Below, piece by piece: positions 26,265 through 32,000 of a stretch of 32,000 bases of DNA. The position numbers were made by a program, and so were the translations under genes. The stretch is from Candidatus Woesearchaeota archaeon (lineage in GTDB: Archaea; Nanobdellota; Nanobdellia; Woesearchaeales; GW2011-AR9). Position 1 is the stretch's first letter, and each line of letters opens with the position of its first letter. The stretch is from NCBI GenBank assembly GCA_016188115.1, contig JACPIK010000002.1, forward strand, positions 895,462 to 927,461, in the 5' to 3' direction. The notes below the pieces were generated by a model. That model was not told where the DNA came from. It saw only the letters and a program-made list of their open reading frames with translations, and searched no databases.

Positions 26265-26519
26265 ATGGAAGCAATTGTCATGCATTTTCGTCAAGGACGA
26301 CATCATCAAAACACTCATCAAATGATTCTGCATATTGCACAATCAGCTGACGAAGCAAAACGCGTTGTAGGAAAACAAGTCGTGTGGACCTCACCCGCTG
26401 GCAAAGAGCTCAAAGGCACCATTTCCGCCCTTCACGGTCGCAATGGCAATGTTCGAGCTATTTTTGCAGAAGCTGGTTTACCTGGTCAAGCTCTCGGTCA
26501 GAAAGTTAAAATTTTATAA
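26265..26519 (+). CDS. rpl35ae: 50S ribosomal protein L35Ae (eL33)
   Basis: GKQVVWTSPAGKELKGTISALHGRNGNVRAIFAEAGLPGQALGQKVKIL is collinear with the archaeal L35Ae C-terminal core (..W.s.sGk...G.i...HG..G.vRA.F...LPGQAlG..V.i). Confidence 0.85.
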   Translation: MEAIVMHFRQGRHHQNTHQMILHIAQSADEAKRVVGKQVVWTSPAGKELKGTISALHGRNGNVRAIFAEAGLPGQALGQKVKIL

Positions 26520-26537
26520 TTTTTTAAATACTTTTTT
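26520..26537 (+). terminator. Two oligo-T runs after rpl35ae
   Basis: TTTTTTAAATACTTTTTT starts immediately after the stop codon. Confidence 0.4.
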
Positions 26538-26639
26538 CAACTAGATTCTAAATCTTATTTTTGGTTTTTCCCCTACACAAATTTACTCAATAAGAATATT
26601 CTCCCTAATTCCAGAAAAATTAAGAGATTTACTACAAAC

Positions 26640-27941
26640 TTACTTACGTGTAAAATCTTGTATCTTATCAAAAAAAGCATGAATTCCTGCACGTGCTTTA
26701 TTGATATGATCCCGAAGCACTTTAAGTTGGGCAGAAATCTCATCTGGTGTTCCTTCTATTTTATGATGATGAATATGATCCAAAAAATAAACACGTACTG
26801 CTTCAAGTTCCGCAAGCATATGTGATAACTCTGCTCGATCTTGCGGATGCGCATGAAATTTACTTGGCATGGTACGCATTTGACGCCACGCTTGATCAAA
26901 ATCATGGAGAAATTGCTTAAAATGAGTTTGGAGCTGTTGCTTATGATGACCTTGATTATCCTGTGCAACTAAATGAAGCATCTGCAACGCCTCATCCATA
27001 CTCTTCTGAGCATTAACTAAATGCCCCAACACTCCTGCTGCCTCGTGAGTTTTATGTTTCTTATGTTTCTCATGTTCTTCATGTTTTTTATGCTCAGCAT
27101 GCTCTTTTTCATGACGTTCATGTTCTTCATGCACTTGATGCTCAGCATGTTCTTTTGCATGCTTTTTCTTCTCACTTTGTGTTTCAAACCACTTCGCTAC
27201 CCCTTCCTGTCGTTTTGCAAGCTCAGCATCACGTGTTGCTTTGTCAGGACCTTCCACAACAAAGAGTTTGAGAATATACCAAATAATCGCAATAACCACA
27301 ATTGCTTCCGAATAATAAATAAATTCAGCTAAAGATCCAACTAAAGGTGACGCAAATGCAACCCCTGTTGAAGGCGATCCCAGTAATACATTTGCCATCG
27401 CAGTTAAAATCCATAATAACAAGAAACACAACACTATTTTCATAAACACCGTGCCGCGTGTCTCATCTTTCTTATCAGCAGGATATTTCCACGCCAACAT
27501 AAACAAACCCACAATCGGAGCGCCAACCAGTAAAAATGCAATGGCTGTTGTCCAACCCGTTCCTGCAGCCAAAACAACTGGATCTGGCATAAAATACATA
27601 CTAATAATAGTTAATGCAAGTGAAATTAACGTCGCATGACTTCTGCTAAAAAACATCATCGGCGCTTTGCCATCTTTACCACCTAGACCCGTGATAACTG
27701 CAAAGAAAAGGATAAACGTGACTAAGCCAAACAAAATGCGTGTAAACCAAATCAGCGTATTGCCGGTCAAACCTAACGCCGTAGGGTTGCCTACCATCAA
27801 AATTTTTTGACCAATACCACTTAAAATTCCCGACATCCCAGAACCGGTAGATGTTGGCGATGTTGGAGCTGGTAACTGCGCCATAACAAAAGGCACTGCT
27901 AGCATCAGAATAAGTACAAATACAACCCAGCCTCTTTTCAT
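26640..27941 (-). CDS. Cluster protein P433: signal peptide, 5 TM helices, His-rich linker and His-rich helical cytoplasmic tail; function unknown
   Basis: MKRGWVVFVLILMLAVPFVMA|QLPAPTSPTSTGSG looks like a signal peptide followed by a Pro/Ser/Thr stalk. Five hydrophobic helices follow. A HAKEHAEHQVHEEHERHEKEHAEHKKHEEHEKHKKHKTHE tract comes next. The tail motif ELSHMLAELEAVRVYFLDHI resembles ELSELIDELKYIRDNSLRDL in P492. A TATA box lies 24 nt upstream. Confidence 0.7.
   Translation of the reverse strand: MKRGWVVFVLILMLAVPFVMAQLPAPTSPTSTGSGMSGILSGIGQKILMVGNPTALGLTGNTLIWFTRILFGLVTFILFFAVITGLGGKDGKAPMMFFSRSHATLISLALTIISMYFMPDPVVLAAGTGWTTAIAFLLVGAPIVGLFMLAWKYPADKKDETRGTVFMKIVLCFLLLWILTAMANVLLGSPSTGVAFASPLVGSLAEFIYYSEAIVVIAIIWYILKLFVVEGPDKATRDAELAKRQEGVAKWFETQSEKKKHAKEHAEHQVHEEHERHEKEHAEHKKHEEHEKHKKHKTHEAAGVLGHLVNAQKSMDEALQMLHLVAQDNQGHHKQQLQTHFKQFLHDFDQAWRQMRTMPSKFHAHPQDRAELSHMLAELEAVRVYFLDHIHHHKIEGTPDEISAQLKVLRDHINKARAGIHAFFDKIQDFTRK
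27042..27173 (-). repeat. Low-complexity His/Glu/Lys-coding tract (aa 257-300 of P433) with degenerate short-period DNA repeats
   Basis: The plus strand shows reiterated CATG(T/C)TC(T)T(T/C)/ATGCTCAGCATG units. ATGCTCAGCATG occurs twice. The tract encodes (H-x-E/K)n. Confidence 0.8.
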
Positions 27942-27964
27942 GAGAACAAAGGAAGAAAAATGAG

Positions 27965-27976
27965 TATATAAGATTT
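27965..27976 (-). promoter_or_regulatory. Promoter word AAATCTTATATA (TATA box) for P433
   Basis: It lies 24 nt upstream of ATG 27941. An identical 12-mer recurs at 28985-28996 upstream of P316. Confidence 0.45.
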
Positions 27977-28002
27977 CCTAAATTTAACAGATGAGTTCAA
28001 CA

Positions 28003-28950
28003 CTACGAAGTCGCAGCTGCTTTTGGATTCTCTTCTTCTTTTGGTATCTCTTCTTCCAACCGTCCCCACACTTTCAGATAACTCAAATCTTTCTGATACT
28101 TCTTAAACACCACCAGCAGAGATCGTAACGCCGTGTTGATTTTGACTTCTTGTTTTTCCACCGCAGCTAAGTCGACTTTGATGAGCACATTATAAACATA
28201 AGAAATAATTTGTGTAGCCATGCTCTCAATGTCAGCCTTAGTCATTTGTAACGTGGTATTATCATATGCTCTGATTGTTTGACCATCACCCTCAAAGATC
28301 TTTTTTAACGGGTCTTTCATTGGGCCTTCATTATGGTATATAAAAGACCCGAGACATAGATGAAGAATTTTAAAACATCTCACAATGGTATTACCTAAAA
28401 CAACATCTTTCATCTTAACAAAAGTTTTCTTAATCTCTTCATGAGCCGCAAGAATAGCCGCTTCCTGCGTCTCAATTGCATCGAGATCTTTCTTGACAAG
28501 TAATCCTGTTTGTTGAAGTGCAGCGATAGCTCGTTTTGCTTCTGATTCCTGAACACGTGTCACACGATTCACTCGCCCAACTAACTCACGTTCCGCTGCA
28601 TTTAATTCATTGATAAACCGTTCTCGAACATTACTCATCTGTCGAAAATCAAACCGAGTGTTTTGATTATCCACTGCATTCTCGAATGGCGTTACAAATT
28701 GAGTTTTTAGAAATTTTTTCACATTCTCAACCATCTTATATTCTTTCATCTCTTCAATATATTCAGATAAAAGTCGCTTCTGTTCACGATCGAGTTCTTT
28801 TGCTGCAGCTTTCGCTGCCTTTTTGGTAGCTTTCTTTTTAGCAACACCAGCCGGAGAAGTAGTATCTACGGGAGTAGAAACAGGGATAGGTTTAAACAAA
28901 CGTCTAACTAACGGTACCTTACCAAAAACTGCACGCAAAAATCCCATCAT
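28003..28950 (-). CDS. Cluster protein P316: soluble helical paralog; function unknown
   Basis: The first ATG is at 28950 (the track starts at TTG 28953). An SD-like AAGAGGT lies upstream. The N-terminus is MMGFLRAVFGK, followed by a Lys/Ala-rich linker and long helices. It is paralogous to P285 and to the P492 tail (see findings). Confidence 0.7.
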   Translation of the reverse strand: MMGFLRAVFGKVPLVRRLFKPIPVSTPVDTTSPAGVAKKKATKKAAKAAAKELDREQKRLLSEYIEEMKEYKMVENVKKFLKTQFVTPFENAVDNQNTRFDFRQMSNVRERFINELNAAERELVGRVNRVTRVQESEAKRAIAALQQTGLLVKKDLDAIETQEAAILAAHEEIKKTFVKMKDVVLGNTIVRCFKILHLCLGSFIYHNEGPMKDPLKKIFEGDGQTIRAYDNTTLQMTKADIESMATQIISYVYNVLIKVDLAAVEKQEVKINTALRSLLVVFKKYQKDLSYLKVWGRLEEEIPKEEENPKAAATS

Positions 28951-28984
28951 CAACCTCTTATAGCACCCAATGAGTAAAAAGAAC

Positions 28985-28996
28985 TATATAAGATTT
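28985..28996 (-). promoter_or_regulatory. Promoter word AAATCTTATATA (TATA box) for P316
   Basis: The same 12-mer occurs at 27965-27976. It lies 35 nt upstream of ATG 28950, leaving room for a short SD-containing leader. Confidence 0.4.
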
Positions 28997-29003
28997 ATGG
29001 GAG

Positions 29004-29861
29004 TTACCCTCGAACATCTTTCACCTCACGGCGAGGGAAGAACTTAAACCAGACTTTATGTTCAGGAAGATGATGTTCAAACTTCCTGTAAATCACAAGT
29101 AATTCACGTACATTTGTATTGATATCTTTTTCGATTTGTGCTGCCTTTTGAACCAAACCTAGTACCCCCTCCTCTTTTGAAAAAGTATCCACTATCACCA
29201 AACAATCAGTCACCAACGTACTAAAATAAGTGGGATCTTCTCCACGGCGAGGCTTAGCTACTTTTTTACCAGCATTTCCTTTTTGAACTAAAACTTTCTC
29301 ACTCCATGTTCTGACATGACGAAAAGGATCAGCATTTAACACTATGTCTTGAATATGACGTAAAATCGTCTCTAACTCTGCATGCTTCTCCAGAATCAAC
29401 CGTTCATAAGTCTCGATCTTCAAACGATCTGCTTTATCTAAAAGACCGGCATCATGTAATTGATTCTCCAGCAGCGTAGATGTTTCATATTGACGAGAAC
29501 GATTTCTCCTCGAACGAGAACTCTCTACTTTTTGTATTACTTCCCGAATTTTACCAACAATACCTTTCTCACCTAACGCCGCGGCAAGCTGATCAACATC
29601 CACAATAGGAATATCAGAATCAGCACAATTACGAATAGGAATCAGAAAAACAGAACAATACGCCTCAAAATGACGAACCGCAGTGAGTATTTCCTGCTCA
29701 GTAAGATAGAGGCTCAACGTAAGTTTCAACTCTCGAGACAGCGTTGCAGACGCACGAACAGCCGTTTCTCGCTGCAATCTAGAAGATGCACCACCTAAAG
29801 CACTTTCACCAACACCACCCTTCCATCTTTCTCTTTCAGGTATTTTTCTAAACAATCCCAT
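29004..29861 (-). CDS. Cluster protein P285: soluble helical paralog; function unknown
   Basis: The N-terminus is MGLFRKIPERERW. It starts 18 nt after the P492 stop, so it is probably co-transcribed. Its motifs are shared with P316 and P492 (see findings). Confidence 0.7.
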   Translation of the reverse strand: MGLFRKIPERERWKGGVGESALGGASSRLQRETAVRASATLSRELKLTLSLYLTEQEILTAVRHFEAYCSVFLIPIRNCADSDIPIVDVDQLAAALGEKGIVGKIREVIQKVESSRSRRNRSRQYETSTLLENQLHDAGLLDKADRLKIETYERLILEKHAELETILRHIQDIVLNADPFRHVRTWSEKVLVQKGNAGKKVAKPRRGEDPTYFSTLVTDCLVIVDTFSKEEGVLGLVQKAAQIEKDINTNVRELLVIYRKFEHHLPEHKVWFKFFPRREVKDVRG

Positions 29862-29879
29862 GGCATCACTTCAAGACAA

Positions 29880-31358
29880 TTAAGCAGAACCACCAGAATG
29901 CTTTACCCCATTTAAAATTGATACTAATCCTTGGATATTAATATTTGCCCTTTCCTCAGCAGTAGCCAGATCACGAAGAGAATTATCTCTTATGTATTTT
30001 AATTCATCAATTAACTCACTCAATTCTTTATTTGGAGAGGTAGAAATACCCAATCTAGGTTTAAACGCTTTTTCAAACCATTTTTTACTTTTATCAATAT
30101 GAGTGAGGATACCACCTAACTGCTGCCGAAGTTCTTCATGAACACGAAGTATCTCCTGGAGTGGAACTTCTGCTCGGTCATGAATCTCCTGCGTAATCGC
30201 CCCATCTTCTAATAATTTTTGTAATAATTGTTGTGCTGATTCTTCTTGTCGAGCAGTACTGCGAGTCAATCTTCCAGATAAAAAAAATCCTCGGTCTACT
30301 GCTCGATGAGCTTTTTTCACTTCATCTAAAAGTTTTTTGAGATATTCATTTCCCGGTTTAAAATTAATATATGTAACACGACCAGTTCTTTCAACTGGAT
30401 TAAAGACAGCCAAATTTTCATCACTCAAAAGATCATAAATTTCCTTTAGCAGCTTGGTCATCTTCACTTCTTCAAGATACTCATTCAAAAGATTCTTCTC
30501 TTCTCTGTCTTCTCCTTCCCCAAGATCTTCCTCTGCACTTTCAATAGCTTCAACTTCTTCATCACTTGCCCCTTGAGCTTTCGCTTTTGCCGCAGCATCT
30601 TTATCCAACGGATTGATACCTCTTCTCTTAAACAAACTACCTATACCCTCTTTAGCTTTATCAAACGCTGCAGGAATATTATGGTCTTCATGTATTCCCC
30701 CTTTCGCGTGCGTGCTAAACGCAGAGCCAATGGATACCAAAGCGAGAATAACCAAACCAGCCCCAGTTAATCCAGAGAATACAGTACCCTCTAAAAATTG
30801 AGCAAGCTCAGCAGAATCACCACTTGCTGCGCCAAAAGTTCTACGTACCCAGAACCACATAACCACAATCGTAACCATAATTGCTGCACGAACCCAAGGA
30901 TGCTCATCAAAGAACCAATATAACAACCCCAACATGATAAATGGCAGCACCACTAACGCTGTTGAAAACAACGTAACATATTCTGTTGCCGCAACAAAAA
31001 TAACATTCATGGGCATCAACACCCAACTTAAACTCACGATTGCAAACGCAATAATAAACGCATATCCAGGAGGAATACCTACTTTCTCAGAAATACCATA
31101 CGCAGCAACACCAAGAATACCCAAAATAACAAGAATGACCAGACCAACTTGAGGAATGACTGGTTTATCTAAAAGACCAATATCAACAAGCCAATTCAGA
31201 GTAAGAAAATTATCCGCATTAGACGCAGAGAGACCAAGAGCATGCGCAACCCACGTAAAAGGATCAGTTGGATCACCAACCGCTGCTAAAACAGAGGGAA
31301 CAAACAGCGAACCAACTAGCAGTAAGAGTAATACTAAAGATACACTACGCTTTATCAT
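29880..31358 (-). CDS. Cluster protein P492: signal peptide, 5 TM helices, acidic linker and cytoplasmic helical domain paralogous to P285/P316; function unknown
   Basis: MIKRSVSLVLLLLLVGSLFVPSVLA|AVGDPTDP looks like a signal peptide. Five hydrophobic helices follow. The acidic linker is DEEVEAIESAEEDLGEGEDREE. A roughly 200-aa helical domain follows. An SD-like AGAGGA lies 9 nt upstream. Confidence 0.7.
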   Translation of the reverse strand: MIKRSVSLVLLLLLVGSLFVPSVLAAVGDPTDPFTWVAHALGLSASNADNFLTLNWLVDIGLLDKPVIPQVGLVILVILGILGVAAYGISEKVGIPPGYAFIIAFAIVSLSWVLMPMNVIFVAATEYVTLFSTALVVLPFIMLGLLYWFFDEHPWVRAAIMVTIVVMWFWVRRTFGAASGDSAELAQFLEGTVFSGLTGAGLVILALVSIGSAFSTHAKGGIHEDHNIPAAFDKAKEGIGSLFKRRGINPLDKDAAAKAKAQGASDEEVEAIESAEEDLGEGEDREEKNLLNEYLEEVKMTKLLKEIYDLLSDENLAVFNPVERTGRVTYINFKPGNEYLKKLLDEVKKAHRAVDRGFFLSGRLTRSTARQEESAQQLLQKLLEDGAITQEIHDRAEVPLQEILRVHEELRQQLGGILTHIDKSKKWFEKAFKPRLGISTSPNKELSELIDELKYIRDNSLRDLATAEERANINIQGLVSILNGVKHSGGSA

Positions 31359-31390
31359 CTATCTGTCCTCTTTATAGTAACAAAAAGATT

Positions 31391-31416
31391 CTTTTAGGGT
31401 ATTTAAACTTTTAGGG
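31391..31416 (-). promoter_or_regulatory. TATA box (TTTAAATA) bracketed by a perfect 9-nt direct repeat, upstream of P492
   Basis: The plus strand reads CTTTTAGGG-TATTTAAA-CTTTTAGGG. The TATA box lies about 42 nt upstream of ATG 31358. Confidence 0.4.
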
Positions 31417-31599
31417 AAAGAGAAAATGGTGTTAGAAACAAATGAACCGTAAAAAGAAACTGCTACCCACACAAATATATCATGAAACCATGCGAGATCA
31501 GAGTATGCCCATAAAGTAATTGAATTTACAAGAAGAAATACGTAATGTTAATGAAAATAATCAATAAAAATAATTCTTAAATAATAAACAAAATAAAAC

Positions 31600-32000
31600 C
31601 TACGCTGTAGCTTCTAAAAACTTTTTCAAGTCAGCCTCAAGACTAATTACCAGCTTATCAGCCTCTTTCTCTGCTGTTTCTGTTTTCTCAATCAGCCTTT
31701 CCCCATCCTCAGTTCTAAAACTAGCCCACAATTTAACAAGTCTTTCTATAACCCCATCAAATTGTAATTTCAAGGTTATGGCTGCGTTATCTGCATTAGG
31801 ATAGGTAAGTTTACCACCAACATGTTGAGTTTTCGTTTGAACATCAGCCACTCGAGCATAATCAGCAGAAGTCTTACCTTTTAATACTTTAATCAATCTG
31901 AGTAATTCATCCCACTCTTTTCTAATATGTTTTTCATATTCTGTATGTAACGCGTTAAGATTATCTTTGACTTTTTTATGTTCAACAAGAATTAATCTTT
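31600..32000 (-). CDS. Hypothetical helical protein, 5'-truncated by the window edge
   Basis: The reading frame stays open upstream of the track's TTG (31896) all the way to position 32000 (...HKKVKDNLNALHTEYEKHIRKEWDELLRLIKVLKG...). The true start is therefore outside the window. Confidence 0.55.
   Translation of the reverse strand, partial: RLILVEHKKVKDNLNALHTEYEKHIRKEWDELLRLIKVLKGKTSADYARVADVQTKTQHVGGKLTYPNADNAAITLKLQFDGVIERLVKLWASFRTEDGERLIEKTETAEKEADKLVISLEADLKKFLEATA

Noticed and set aside
27021-27332. The 103-aa plus-strand ORF rich in F/M/L (MFLMFLMFFMFFM...).
   Set aside because: It is the antisense reading of the His/Glu/Lys repeat in P433 (CAT/GAA/AAA codons read backwards). It is an artefact of the low-complexity tract.
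24633-31358. herA plus the membrane/helical cluster as a provirus or conjugative island.
   Set aside because: A ribosomal protein gene (rpl35ae) with its own promoter sits in the middle. There are no integrase, capsid-like or replication genes and no flanking repeats. By eye the composition is the same as the surrounding genes.
1129-31377. Many 60-100-aa ORFs in the track are nested in or antisense to longer genes. Examples: 1129-1392, 1492-1698, 2221-2418, 2697-2897, 3428-3664, 3803-4027, 3811-4008, 5593-5778, 5932-6114, 7716-7985, 8241-8453, 9584-9844, 9931-10170, 10151-10378, 11495-11737, 11977-12165, 15230-15445, 17380-17607, 17399-17692, 18507-18701, 19063-19341, 20289-20480, 20501-20683, 23150-23359, 24862-25074, 26756-26968, 27451-27639, 30573-30770, 30613-30801, 30934-31152 and 31156-31377.
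   Set aside because: Each lies wholly or largely inside a longer ORF that has clear family motifs or a coherent membrane/helical architecture. Their translations are low-complexity or oddly composed, and none has its own TATA box at the usual spacing.
1-32000. CRISPR arrays, long tandem repeats and IS elements.
   Set aside because: Reading both strands, I saw no regularly spaced direct repeats of 24-40 nt, no inverted terminal repeats and no transposase-like ORF. The only repeats are the His-codon tract and the short promoter words already reported.

Overview
AT-rich, tightly packed archaeal chromosome segment, probably from a small-genome DPANN-like archaeon (lineage is inference). Archaeal markers: a group II chaperonin (thermosome), ribosomal protein L35Ae, type-2 methionine aminopeptidase, bifunctional PGI/PMI, a presenilin-like protease, a tRNA intron at position 37/38, and TATA boxes about 23 nt upstream of many start codons, which implies mostly leaderless mRNAs. 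I call 31 CDSs (one missing from the ORF track, one truncated at the window edge), one stand-alone 5S rRNA and two divergent tRNA-His(GUG) genes. Housekeeping content: a fructose-6-P to NDP-hexose operon (1038-5157), MetAP, a U32-family protein, DedA, HisRS, AlaX, thermosome and HerA. The strongest candidate for an undescribed system is a same-strand cluster at 26640-31358. It holds four mutually paralogous proteins with no family I recognise: two have a signal peptide, 5 TM helices and a cytoplasmic helical tail, and two are soluble helical paralogs with MG(L/F)-type N-termini. The cluster also has a His-rich tract and shared promoter words. Other items worth a second look: a roughly 186-nt highly structured intercistronic RNA element (1757-1942), the two tRNA-His genes near hisS, a NadE-like protein with a shortened PP-loop coupled to a Cys-free 387-aa unknown, a degenerate CDP-alcohol-transferase/DAG-kinase fusion, and a HerA with no NurA partner. 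No CRISPR array, integrase or transposase was seen. All calls rest on reading motifs by eye; no database search was run.
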